A DNA stretch of 64,000 bases from Gammaproteobacteria bacterium. Its GTDB lineage: Bacteria; Pseudomonadota; Gammaproteobacteria; Chromatiales; Chromatiaceae. Shown in pieces: positions 1 to 8,820 of the stretch. The translations under genes and the position numbers were made by a program. Where the stretch lies: NCBI GenBank assembly GCA_021773975.1, contig JAJFJN010000012.1:299-64298 (forward strand). Direction: 5' to 3'. Position 1 is the stretch's first letter; every line of letters begins with the position of its first letter. The notes beneath the pieces are model-generated. The model was not told the DNA's origin. It ran no database searches and was given only the letters and a program-made list of their open reading frames with translations.

Positions 1-48
1 CGCACCTCGTGGACAACTCTCTTAAAATCGCACTGTGATGTGGCTTGG

Positions 49-951
49 TTACCTGCTGAAAATATCCTGACGTGCGGCTTGACTGACAGCCAGCACGGCG
101 GGGTGTTTCAATTTGCGTTCTGCGGATATGGCATAGAAGCGTTCTTGTATCTCCCCCGTGCGTCCAATAATCTCCACGTTGTACTGCCTTCGCACTTCCT
201 GCTCGATCACGGTCGGTGCGCTAAAAATCCCTACCCCTGCCTGTCCGAAGGCCTTCATCAGAGCACTATCATCAAAGGTCCCGGCAGCAATCGGGACAAC
301 CTGGATCTTCTCGAACCACTGCATCAGCGAGCTATATAGCGTGGTGTCATCACTGGGAAGCAGCATAGGCGCACGATCAAGGGAGTGGGGGAAGTTATCA
401 CGATAGGTGGCAGCCTGGCTCTTTGCTGCAAAGAAACTTACACCACACTCACCCAGTAGGTGATTAAAGGCCCGCACGCTCATGCCCGGAGGGATGGGGC
501 TATCGGTAAGGATCATGTCCAGTTTATGTATCGCAATATCGGCCAGCAGTTTGTTGAGCTTGTCCTCCCGACAGGATATATGAACCCGCTCGGAGAGCTG
601 GAGCGCCGGCTCAAGAAGCCGGTAAGCGATCAATTTGGGCACCACTTCGGTGATCCCGACACTGAACTGTACCGGGCGGCCGCTCGGTTGACCGCGAAGC
701 ACCTCTTTCAGCTCCAGACCAAGGTGAAAGATCTCATCCGCATAACTCAATACCATTCGCCCGGCCTCGGTCAACACCAAGCCTCGTCCAGCTCGCTCAA
801 ACAGCTTCACCTCCATACTTTCTTCCAGCAGGGTGATCTGGCCGCTAATGGTCTGGGGTGTCAGATGCAGCAACTTGCTGGCGTGGACAATACTGCCCTC
901 CCTGGCGACAACCCAGAAATAATGGAGATGTTTGTAATTGATATCCTTCAT
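49..951 (-). CDS. nhaR: LysR-family transcriptional activator, NhaR-like
   Basis: 300-aa ORF. The N-terminal winged HTH (HLHYFWVVAREGSIVHASKLLHLTPQTISGQI) and the overall layout resemble NhaR. It is divergent from an nhaA remnant. Confidence 0.8.
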   Translation of the reverse strand: MKDINYKHLHYFWVVAREGSIVHASKLLHLTPQTISGQITLLEESMEVKLFERAGRGLVLTEAGRMVLSYADEIFHLGLELKEVLRGQPSGRPVQFSVGITEVVPKLIAYRLLEPALQLSERVHISCREDKLNKLLADIAIHKLDMILTDSPIPPGMSVRAFNHLLGECGVSFFAAKSQAATYRDNFPHSLDRAPMLLPSDDTTLYSSLMQWFEKIQVVPIAAGTFDDSALMKAFGQAGVGIFSAPTVIEQEVRRQYNVEIIGRTGEIQERFYAISAERKLKHPAVLAVSQAARQDIFSR

Positions 952-1046
952 GACTATATGTTAGCTCGATAATTTCGAATTAATTTCACTTCAATTTAAT
1001 TTAATTTAATCTGAGCATAGAGAGGTTTGCATTTATCATCAAGCCC

Positions 1047-1283
1047 ATGTCTATCTTCATTGCCGAACTGGCCTTCTCTGGGCAGACAGAGAATCTGCTG
1101 ATAGCCAAGACCAGCATCCTGGCCGCCTCAGTGCTGGCGGGTATCTGTGGTTGCGCATCTGCAAAATCTCCATATAATGACCCTGTTTCTAGCCTAATGG
1201 TAGGTATTGGCGGATCATTGAAGCGTGGTATTGATATCACTCATGGCGCCAATAGATCGGTATTTTCGAGCAAACAGATCTGA
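1047..1283 (+). pseudogene. nhaA: 3' remnant of the Na+/H+ antiporter gene nhaA
   Basis: The first ~38 codons (MSIFIAELAFSGQTENLLIAKTSILAASVLAGICG) resemble the last TM helices of NhaA. Similarity is lost just upstream of 1047 and the frame closes at 1002-1004. Only ~95 bp separate it from the nhaR start, so roughly 340 N-terminal codons are absent. Confidence 0.55.
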
Positions 1284-1464
1284 ATATCCGAATTTATTTT
1301 CGCTCAAAATGATGTGAGCATTGTGGATTGTTACGCTTAACACTCAGCTACGCTGTCACCTTTCATCACCCCACTGTAGATCCTATCAGCCACAAAATTA
1401 GGAGTATCCGATGACCCTCTCTGCTTTTACTATTCTTCTGAATTAGATAGACCGCTCCCTCAAG

Positions 1465-1941
1465 ATGAAATCTTACAGCTTTGCTGCGCTTCTGTTCCTG
1501 TTCTGGATCTTTTTATCAGGACACTTTGACCCCCTCCTGCTGGGGTTTGGAGTGGCATCTGTCGCGCTCACGGTTTTTCTATCAAAGCGGATGAATGTCA
1601 TCGATCATAAAAGCTATCCGTTGCATCTCTCATCGAAACTCCCAGGCTTTTTTGTCTATATATTCAGGGAGATTATAAAAGCAAATGTTGATGTTATTAC
1701 CCGGGTTTTAGGCTGGAGGGGGGCGTCAATCAGCCCACAATTGATTGATATTCCACTGCTGCAAAAAACGGATCTGGGGGCGGTGATTTATGCCAATGCC
1801 ATTACATTAACACCTGGCACGGTCAGCATTGAGTTATCCAAAGAGACAATAACAATTCATGCCCTCACAAAGGAAGCAGCTGACGAGCTTCTTACAGGGA
1901 GTATGTCAAACGAGATTTCCAACCGGGTTTTCAAACAATAA
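1465..1941 (+). CDS. mrpE: Mrp/Mnh cation:proton antiporter subunit E
   Basis: 158 aa with an MnhE-type signature (ANAITLTPGTVSIEL). First gene of a translationally coupled operon. Confidence 0.85.
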   Translation: MKSYSFAALLFLFWIFLSGHFDPLLLGFGVASVALTVFLSKRMNVIDHKSYPLHLSSKLPGFFVYIFREIIKANVDVITRVLGWRGASISPQLIDIPLLQKTDLGAVIYANAITLTPGTVSIELSKETITIHALTKEAADELLTGSMSNEISNRVFKQ

Positions 1942-2240
1942 TGTTTATTGCAGCCTCACTGGCGATCCTCATCACTATGGGGCTGGCGCTGGCACGCGCC
2001 CTCGCAGGACCTACAACCTATGATCGCATTGCGGCGGTCAATATGTTTGGCACCAAGACAGTGCTGCTAATTGCTGTTTTGGCCTTTTTATCAGATCGTA
2101 ACGACCTACTGGATATAGCTCTGGTCTATGCACTCATTAATTTCATAGGGGTTGTCGCGGCACTGAAACTGGTCACTCAGGGTGATTTTTACTCCTCCGA
2201 CAGAGATAAAAGAGAAGCTGAAAAGGAGGAGCCAGAGTGA
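1941..2240 (+). CDS. mrpF: Mrp/Mnh antiporter subunit F
   Basis: 99 aa, 3 TM, MrpF-like (PTTYDRIAAVNMFGTKTVLLI). Its start overlaps the mrpE stop. Confidence 0.85.
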   Translation: MFIAASLAILITMGLALARALAGPTTYDRIAAVNMFGTKTVLLIAVLAFLSDRNDLLDIALVYALINFIGVVAALKLVTQGDFYSSDRDKREAEKEEPE

Positions 2241-2557
2241 TTATCGACATCCTCAGTTGGATCTGCCTGTTGGCTGGTGGGGTGCTGGGTATTATTGGTG
2301 GTATTGGCATCCACCGTTTTCCCGACTTTTATAGCCGCCTGCACGCCGCCGGAATAACAGATACCCTCTGCGCCATGCTAATTCTATTGGGCCTTGGGCT
2401 ACAGGCTGGCTGGAGTATTGCTGCCTTTAAATTGGCCTTGATTTTTTTGTTCCTCTTTTTTACCAGCCCAACCGCTTCACACGCATTGGCAAATGCGGCG
2501 CTGCATAGCGGCCTCACGCCCAAGCTGGATAGGGATAGTCGTGGGGCTAAATCATGA
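2237..2557 (+). CDS. mrpG: Mrp/Mnh antiporter subunit G
   Basis: 106 aa with an MnhG motif (FPDFYSRLHAAGITDTL). GTG start overlapping the mrpF stop. Confidence 0.85.
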   Translation: MIIDILSWICLLAGGVLGIIGGIGIHRFPDFYSRLHAAGITDTLCAMLILLGLGLQAGWSIAAFKLALIFLFLFFTSPTASHALANAALHSGLTPKLDRDSRGAKS

Positions 2558-3144
2558 TTGATATTTTTATTAACGTCACCTTGCTGGCCTTTCTGGCGAT
2601 CACCTCAGTGGCCATTGTGCGCATGACAAACCTGTTTGCCATCGTCATGCTGTATGGGATTTTCAGTCTGTTGTCAGCCGGCCTGTTTGTGGTTATGGAT
2701 GCCCCGGATGTGGCCTTTACCGAGGCGGCAGTAGGTGCGGGGATCTCAACGGTATTGATGTTAGCCACCCTGGCACTGATCAGAAACCAGCAAAAACCCT
2801 ACTACGCAGAGGCTCCACAGGCCCACCGCCCATGGCTGCCGTTGATTGTGGTGGCAATAACCGGTGCGGCACTGGTTTATGGCACCTGGGATATTCCAGG
2901 CTTTGGTGACCCTAATGCGCCTGCACAAACGCATGTTGCCCGCTACTATATCGAAAATGCACTCCCTGAGACTGGCGTGCCCAATATCGTTACCGCCGTG
3001 CTAGCCAGTTATCGCGGATTTGATACGTTGGGTGAGGTCACGGTTGTCTTTACCGCAGCTGTTGCCGTATTGCTGTTAATAGGCGGGAGGCGCCCAAAAC
3101 CAGCGGTTAAGCTAAAGGATAAAGGGGAGCAAGATGAAGCCTAA
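2554..3144 (+). CDS. MbhD/MbhE-like membrane subunit (equivalent to the C-terminal part of MrpA; DUF4040 plus an MnhB-related segment)
   Basis: 196 aa, multi-TM. Contains the MnhB-family motif NIVTAVLASYRGFDTLGEVTVV. It occupies the position held by MbhD/E in Mbh-type gene order. Confidence 0.7.
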   Translation: MIDIFINVTLLAFLAITSVAIVRMTNLFAIVMLYGIFSLLSAGLFVVMDAPDVAFTEAAVGAGISTVLMLATLALIRNQQKPYYAEAPQAHRPWLPLIVVAITGAALVYGTWDIPGFGDPNAPAQTHVARYYIENALPETGVPNIVTAVLASYRGFDTLGEVTVVFTAAVAVLLLIGGRRPKPAVKLKDKGEQDEA

Positions 3145-3553
3145 TCTTATCCTGCATGTTGTCGCAAAGTTCCTCATCCCGCTGATCATTCTGTTTGCAC
3201 TCTATGTGCAGTTTCATGGTGATTTTGGGCCGGGTGGCGGCTTTCAGGCTGGGGTGATTTTCAGCGCTGCGCTCATTCTTTACTCCTTGGTGTTTGGCCT
3301 TGATGCCGCAGAGCAGATCATCCCTCCACAATGGTTACGCATACTGGCTGCACTGGGTGTGGTGATCTATGCCGGGGTTGGGGTGATTACGTTACTGCTA
3401 GGCGGCAACTATCTCGATTACAGTCTGCTGGGAAGCAGCCAGATAGCCGGTCAACATCTGGGGATTCTGCTGGTGGAGCTGGGCGTTGGTATTACGGTGG
3501 CGGCGGTTATGTTGATTATCTTTTTTGCCTTTGCAGGCAGGGGCCGGACGTAA
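3134..3553 (+). CDS. mrpB: Mrp/Mnh antiporter subunit B
   Basis: 139 aa with an MnhB signature (HGDFGPGGGFQAGVIF). Confidence 0.8.
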   Translation: MKPNLILHVVAKFLIPLIILFALYVQFHGDFGPGGGFQAGVIFSAALILYSLVFGLDAAEQIIPPQWLRILAALGVVIYAGVGVITLLLGGNYLDYSLLGSSQIAGQHLGILLVELGVGITVAAVMLIIFFAFAGRGRT

Positions 3554-3909
3554 TGGATTTTTTTGTTGGGCATTATAACTACTGGGTAGTGATTTTTTTG
3601 ATGCTGGTAGGACTCTACACGGTGATAAGCCGTGGCAACCTCATTAAAAAAATAATCGGCCTGAATATTTTTCAGGTCTCGGTATTTTTTCTCTACATCA
3701 GCATGGGGACCGTGGAGGGTGGAGCTGCACCTATTATTGCTGAAGGTGTCAAGCTCTACTCAAATCCGCTACCCCATGTGTTGATCCTCACCGCCATCGT
3801 AGTGGGTGTTGCGACGACTGCGTTGGCGCTTGCTTTAGTGGTGCGCATAAAGGAGTCCTACGGCACCATTGAAGAGGATGAGATTCACGATCTGGATCAC
3901 TCGCTGTAA
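3553..3909 (+). CDS. mrpC: Mrp/Mnh antiporter subunit C (NuoK-like)
   Basis: The ORF track opens at 3331. The ATG at 3553 overlaps the mrpB stop (TAATG) and gives a 118-aa NuoK/MnhC-like protein (MDFFVGHYNYWVVIFLMLVGLYTVISRGNLIKKIIGLNIFQ). Confidence 0.8.
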   Translation: MDFFVGHYNYWVVIFLMLVGLYTVISRGNLIKKIIGLNIFQVSVFFLYISMGTVEGGAAPIIAEGVKLYSNPLPHVLILTAIVVGVATTALALALVVRIKESYGTIEEDEIHDLDHSL

Positions 3910-5384
3910 TGGGAAATAATATTAGCCTGTTGTTGGTGGTTATACCGCTTATTGCTGCCCCTGTTGTTGCTGTCTTGCCTCGTGGCCGACTGCCATGGGC
4001 CGTTGCTCTACTGGTTACCTCACTGTGTGCCGTGCTTGCTGGTATGCAGTTGTGGGCAGTGCTTTATGATGGTGTGATCAGCTATGAACTGGGTGGATGG
4101 GCACCGCCCTGGGGAATTGAATACCGCATCGATGCGGTCAATGCCTTTGTGGCATTGATTGTTGCCGCTATCGCTGCGATTACACTACCCTATGCGCTGC
4201 TTAGCGTAGAGCAAGAGATTCCTGAAGAGAAGATTCCGCTCTTCTATAGCGCCCTGTTGCTCTGTCTGACGGGGCTGCTGGGGATCACCCAAACCGGCGA
4301 TATCTTTAATGTCTTCGTCTTTCTGGAGATCTCAGCGCTCTCTTCGTATGCGCTGATTAGCCTTGGAAGGGAGCGACAAGCACTCACCTCTGCCTACCAA
4401 TATCTGATCATGGGTACGATTGGCGCTACCTTCTTTTTAATTGGTGTCGGTCTCATCTACTCACAAACCGGCACGCTGAATATGCAGGATATGGCAACCA
4501 TTCTGCCCGGGGTGGCCCACCTTAAAACGGTGGATACCGGCTTTGCATTTATCATGATTGGCATTGCGCTAAAGTTGGCGCTGTTTCCTCTGCATCTTTG
4601 GCTGCCCAATGCGTATACCTACGCACCCTCTGTGGTCACTGTTTTCCTTGCAGCAACAGCTACCAAGGTGGCCGTTTATGTGATGCTGCGCATACTGTTT
4701 ACGGTTTTTCCACATAGCTTTGCACTGGCAACTCCTGCTGAAGAGCTTTTTATCATGGCTGGTATTGCCAGTATTATCGTCGCTTCTACCTATGCCATCT
4801 ATCAGGTGGATGTTAAAAAATTGCTGGCCTACTCCAGTGTGGCGCAGATTGGCTATATGGCACTGGGGATTGGATTTGCATCGGCAACAGGTGTCACTGC
4901 GGCACTGATCCATCTGTTCAATCATGCCTTGATGAAAGGTGCACTGTTCATGGCGGTTGGCGCTATTATCTACCGTATCGGTGCATGCCGCATGGATCAG
5001 ATTCATGGCCTGGGTAGAGCGATGCCCTGGACCTTTGGCGCCATTGTTATTGGTGGGCTGAGCCTTATTGGGGTGCCAGGTACAGCCGGGTTTATCAGTA
5101 AATGGTATCTGGTTTCAGCTGCGCTGGAGCAGGAGGCCTGGATCTCTGTTGCTGTTATTTTGTTTGGCTCTCTGCTGGCCGTGGTCTATATGGGCAAGCT
5201 GATAGAGGCGCTCTACTTTAAGCCGGCCACTGACTCTGAAAAAGAGGTGACAGAGGCGCCGCTACTATTGTTGGCGCCCACTTGGGTGTTGGTATTTGCC
5301 AATATCTATTTTGGTCTGGATACGAATTTAACCGTGGGGCTTGCTGAAACAGCAGCAGCCACTCTGGGGGTTGTGAACCCATGA
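3909..5384 (+). CDS. MrpD/NuoN-type proton-conducting membrane subunit, copy 1
   Basis: 491 aa, ~14 TM, with a complex-I antiporter-like core (HLWLPNAYTYAPSVVTVFLAATATKVAVY). Confidence 0.85.
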   Translation: MGNNISLLLVVIPLIAAPVVAVLPRGRLPWAVALLVTSLCAVLAGMQLWAVLYDGVISYELGGWAPPWGIEYRIDAVNAFVALIVAAIAAITLPYALLSVEQEIPEEKIPLFYSALLLCLTGLLGITQTGDIFNVFVFLEISALSSYALISLGRERQALTSAYQYLIMGTIGATFFLIGVGLIYSQTGTLNMQDMATILPGVAHLKTVDTGFAFIMIGIALKLALFPLHLWLPNAYTYAPSVVTVFLAATATKVAVYVMLRILFTVFPHSFALATPAEELFIMAGIASIIVASTYAIYQVDVKKLLAYSSVAQIGYMALGIGFASATGVTAALIHLFNHALMKGALFMAVGAIIYRIGACRMDQIHGLGRAMPWTFGAIVIGGLSLIGVPGTAGFISKWYLVSAALEQEAWISVAVILFGSLLAVVYMGKLIEALYFKPATDSEKEVTEAPLLLLAPTWVLVFANIYFGLDTNLTVGLAETAAATLGVVNP

Positions 5385-6847
5385 GTGCAGAGATACTACT
5401 GCTGACAACACTCCTTCTTCCACTGGTTGGAGCAGCAGGGATTATCATTGCCCGCCGCATACCCGATGTTAGAGAAGGCGTAACCCTGGTAACCGCTTCA
5501 CTCATTGCCATTCTAGTGGTGCTGATAGCCGCCAGATTTATGGGTGGTGAGGCGTTTGCACTGACGCTTATTGAACCGCTACCGGGTATTGCCATCGCCT
5601 TTGAGATTGAGGCGCTGGGGATGCTATTTGCGTTGGTTGCCGGGCTGCTATGGGTTGTCACCTCAATCTATGCCATCGGCTATATGCGTAGCCATAATGA
5701 GCCAAATCAAACCCGGTTTTTCGCTGCATTTGCGGTCTCTATCGCTGCGACGATGGGGATTGCCTTCTCGGCCAACCTGTTCACGCTGTTTCTCTTCTAC
5801 GAGCTATTGACCCTTGCCACCTACCCACTGGTCACGCATGCAGGCACCCCGGAGGCAAAACGGGGCGGCCGAATCTACCTAGGTATCCTATTGGGTACAT
5901 CCATTGGCCTCTTCCTGCTGGGGATTCTGATCACATGGTCTCTCACCGGCAGTGTTGATTTTCAACACGGTGGCATACTGGCCGGACATATTGATCCCGC
6001 ATGGGCTGGTCTGCTCTATGCACTGTTTCTGTTTGGAATTGGCAAGGCGGCCGTGATGCCTTTTCACCGCTGGTTACCTGCGGCGATGGTGGCACCTACC
6101 CCGGTCAGTGCCTTGCTGCATGCGGTGGCAGTGGTTAAAGCTGGCGTGTTCACGCTGCTTAAAGTGACTATCTATATCTTTGGCGGTGATTTTATCCTCT
6201 CCAATGATGTGACGGGTGGTCTGATCTGGGTGGCAGCGGCCACCATATTGATCGCATCCCTGATCGCGATGACCAAGGACAATCTCAAGGCGCGGCTCGC
6301 ATACTCCACGGTGAGCCAACTGAGCTATATCGTGCTGGGGGCGATGCTGGCCAGCAAGGCGGGGCTGATTGGTGCCTCCATGCATATTGCGATGCATGCC
6401 TTTGCCAAGATCACCCTCTTTTTTGCCGCTGGAGCCATCTATGTTGCCAGTCATAAAAAATTGGTCAGTGAGTTGAATGGGTTGGGGCGTGCAATGCCTA
6501 TTACCTTTGCTGCCTTCTTTATTGGCACTTTAAGCATCATTGGACTGCCACCTTTCGGTGGCATGTGGAGCAAATGGTATCTGGGATTAGGTGCGGCTGA
6601 GACCGCACAGATGTGGCTACTTGCGGTGCTGATGATCAGCTCACTGCTCAATATTATCTATCTGCTACCTATCCCTATCCGCGCCTTTTTCAGTAAGCCA
6701 GAGAGTGGTCAACACTATACGGAGATAGCAGAGGCACCAAAGCCGATATTGCTGGCGATGATCATCACCTCAACCGCTTGTGTCTTCCTCTTTTTCTACC
6801 CCGATCCTTTCTATCAACTGGCAAGTTTAGCCGCTGGAGGCTCCTGA
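5381..6847 (+). CDS. MrpD/NuoM-type proton-conducting membrane subunit, copy 2
   Basis: 488 aa with the motif HRWLPAAMVAPTPVSALLHAVAVVKAGVF. Overlaps copy 1 by 4 nt. Confidence 0.85.
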   Translation: MSAEILLLTTLLLPLVGAAGIIIARRIPDVREGVTLVTASLIAILVVLIAARFMGGEAFALTLIEPLPGIAIAFEIEALGMLFALVAGLLWVVTSIYAIGYMRSHNEPNQTRFFAAFAVSIAATMGIAFSANLFTLFLFYELLTLATYPLVTHAGTPEAKRGGRIYLGILLGTSIGLFLLGILITWSLTGSVDFQHGGILAGHIDPAWAGLLYALFLFGIGKAAVMPFHRWLPAAMVAPTPVSALLHAVAVVKAGVFTLLKVTIYIFGGDFILSNDVTGGLIWVAAATILIASLIAMTKDNLKARLAYSTVSQLSYIVLGAMLASKAGLIGASMHIAMHAFAKITLFFAAGAIYVASHKKLVSELNGLGRAMPITFAAFFIGTLSIIGLPPFGGMWSKWYLGLGAAETAQMWLLAVLMISSLLNIIYLLPIPIRAFFSKPESGQHYTEIAEAPKPILLAMIITSTACVFLFFYPDPFYQLASLAAGGS

Positions 6848-6848
6848 T

Positions 6849-7103
6849 ATGTCAGATGAAAAAGAAAAGAGCTACTTATTTGACCGGCCGGAAAATGTTG
6901 AACGGCTACTCAAGGGGTTCTATGCCATCTGCATTCTATTGGTGCTGGCCGATTTTGTTCTCCACCGCCACATTGGTTTTGGTTGGGAGGAGATACCGGC
7001 CTTTTACGCCATTTACGGCTTTGCCGCTTGTGTCGTGCTGGTCGTCATCGCAAAGAAGATGCGCAATGTTGTGATGCGGAAGGAAGATTATTACGATGAG
7101 TGA
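6849..7103 (+). CDS. Small 2-TM membrane protein embedded in the mrp operon
   Basis: 84 aa with two hydrophobic helices, tightly packed between two antiporter-like subunit genes. No family recognised. Confidence 0.5.
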   Translation: MSDEKEKSYLFDRPENVERLLKGFYAICILLVLADFVLHRHIGFGWEEIPAFYAIYGFAACVVLVVIAKKMRNVVMRKEDYYDE

Positions 7104-8802
7104 GCTATCACCATTTGTGCTCTATTTTGTGACGGCACTGTTAGTTGGGTTCACCCGTGGCCTGCCACGCCAGGTAATATTGCTGGCAGCCCCCGTGGTT
7201 ACCGGACTGCACCTATGGTTAAATGTTGAGATTGGAAGCACCATCACTCACGCCATAATGAGCTATGAGTTAATCATCCTACGGGTGGATAAACTCAGCC
7301 TGCTATTCGGCTACCTCTTCTGTATTGCCAGCTTTATAGCAAGCATATTCTCTCTCCATGTAAAAGATACAAAACAACATATTGCCGGTGTGGTGTACGC
7401 AGGCAGTGCGTTGGGAGCTGTATTTGCAGGCGATCTCATTACCCTATTTGTTTTTTGGGAACTGCTGGCAATAAGTTCAGTGTTTCTTATCTGGGCACGT
7501 GGCACTGAACGAGCATTGAAGGCGGGCATGCGCTACCTGGTGTTTCAGGTGCTGTCAGGGGTGCTGCTGTTGGCTGGTGCACTGGTCTACTATCACAACA
7601 CAGGCTCACTGGCATTTGATCACATTGGCCTGGAAGCCGGTGTTGCGGGTTGGTTGATCTTTATTGCCTTTGGCATTAAAAGCGCCTTTCCATTTCTGCA
7701 CAGCTGGCTTACGGATGGTTATCCTGAAGCAACGGTTACTGGCACAGTCTTTCTCTCCGCCTTTACCACCAAGGTTGCCGTCTATGCCCTGGCTCGTGGA
7801 TTTGCGGGTGAAGAGATCCTGGTCTATATCGGCGTTAGCATGGCCTGCTTCCCGATTTTTTACGCAGTTATCGAGAACGACCTACGCAAAGTACTCGCCT
7901 ACAGCCTGATCAATCAGGTCGGCTTTATGGTGACAGGCATTGGTATTGGTACGGCACTGGCACTCAATGGAGCCATCGCCCACGCCTTTAGCGATGTAAT
8001 CTTTAAAGGGCTGCTGTTCATGTCGATGGGGGCTGTACTCTATCGGGCTGGCAATATTAATGGCTCAGATCTGGGCGGGCTCTACAAGTCCATGCCAAAA
8101 ACCACCGTACTCTGCATTATCGGCGCACTCTCCATCTCTGCATTTCCACTCTTCAGTGGCTTTGTCAGCAAGTCGATGGTGATGACCGCACTGATGCATG
8201 GGGATTATGGTTATTTGTGGTTGTTGATGCTGTTTGCCTCAGCTGGTGTGTTCCACCATGCTGGGATCAAAATCCCTTACTTCGCATTTTTTGCCCATGA
8301 CTCTGGTATTCGTACTGAAGAAGCACCTAATAATATGTTGATTGCCATGACCATAGCTGCCGTGCTTTGCATTTTTATTGGTACTCAGCCCCAATATCTC
8401 TATGCACTACTGCCTTGGGAAGTGGAGTATTGGCCCTATGATCTGACTCATGTTCTGGCCCAACTGCAATTGCTCTTTTTCTCTGCCCTGGCTTTTGTCT
8501 GGTTGAATAAAAAAGGGCTCTACCCACCTGAGCTGCCTTCCGTCAATCTGGACATGGAGTGGTTTTATCGCAAGCTATTGCCCGTGGGTGCACAACAAAC
8601 AGTAAATTTTTTGCACTGTGCAAAAAAGTCTACGCTGACCACAATAATGGCACCTATGCAGGGCATTCAAACTAAACTCGCGCAGTCTTCAGTGGCCAAA
8701 TACTATCTCTCAGAAAGCTGGCCTACCGGTAGCATGGTCTTCTGGATTTCAGCTATTCTTGCTGCTTTTATGTTGCTGGATATCTTTGGGCTGGGGCATT
8801 AA
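7096..8802 (+). CDS. MrpA/NuoL-type proton-conducting membrane subunit (N-terminal MrpA module only), copy 3
   Basis: 568 aa with a NuoL/MrpA-like core (HSWLTDGYPEATVTGTVFLSAFTTKVAVY). It lacks the MrpB-like C-terminal extension of canonical MrpA. Confidence 0.8.
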   Translation: MSELSPFVLYFVTALLVGFTRGLPRQVILLAAPVVTGLHLWLNVEIGSTITHAIMSYELIILRVDKLSLLFGYLFCIASFIASIFSLHVKDTKQHIAGVVYAGSALGAVFAGDLITLFVFWELLAISSVFLIWARGTERALKAGMRYLVFQVLSGVLLLAGALVYYHNTGSLAFDHIGLEAGVAGWLIFIAFGIKSAFPFLHSWLTDGYPEATVTGTVFLSAFTTKVAVYALARGFAGEEILVYIGVSMACFPIFYAVIENDLRKVLAYSLINQVGFMVTGIGIGTALALNGAIAHAFSDVIFKGLLFMSMGAVLYRAGNINGSDLGGLYKSMPKTTVLCIIGALSISAFPLFSGFVSKSMVMTALMHGDYGYLWLLMLFASAGVFHHAGIKIPYFAFFAHDSGIRTEEAPNNMLIAMTIAAVLCIFIGTQPQYLYALLPWEVEYWPYDLTHVLAQLQLLFFSALAFVWLNKKGLYPPELPSVNLDMEWFYRKLLPVGAQQTVNFLHCAKKSTLTTIMAPMQGIQTKLAQSSVAKYYLSESWPTGSMVFWISAILAAFMLLDIFGLGH

Positions 8803-8820
8803 GCCTGCGGTCACTGCAAA

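Noticed and set aside
40-972. Three plus-strand ORFs (40-339, 158-406, 460-972) overlapping the nhaR-like gene
   Set aside because: They are antisense to a well-supported LysR-family CDS, have no recognisable motifs and have odd composition. They are treated as shadow ORFs.
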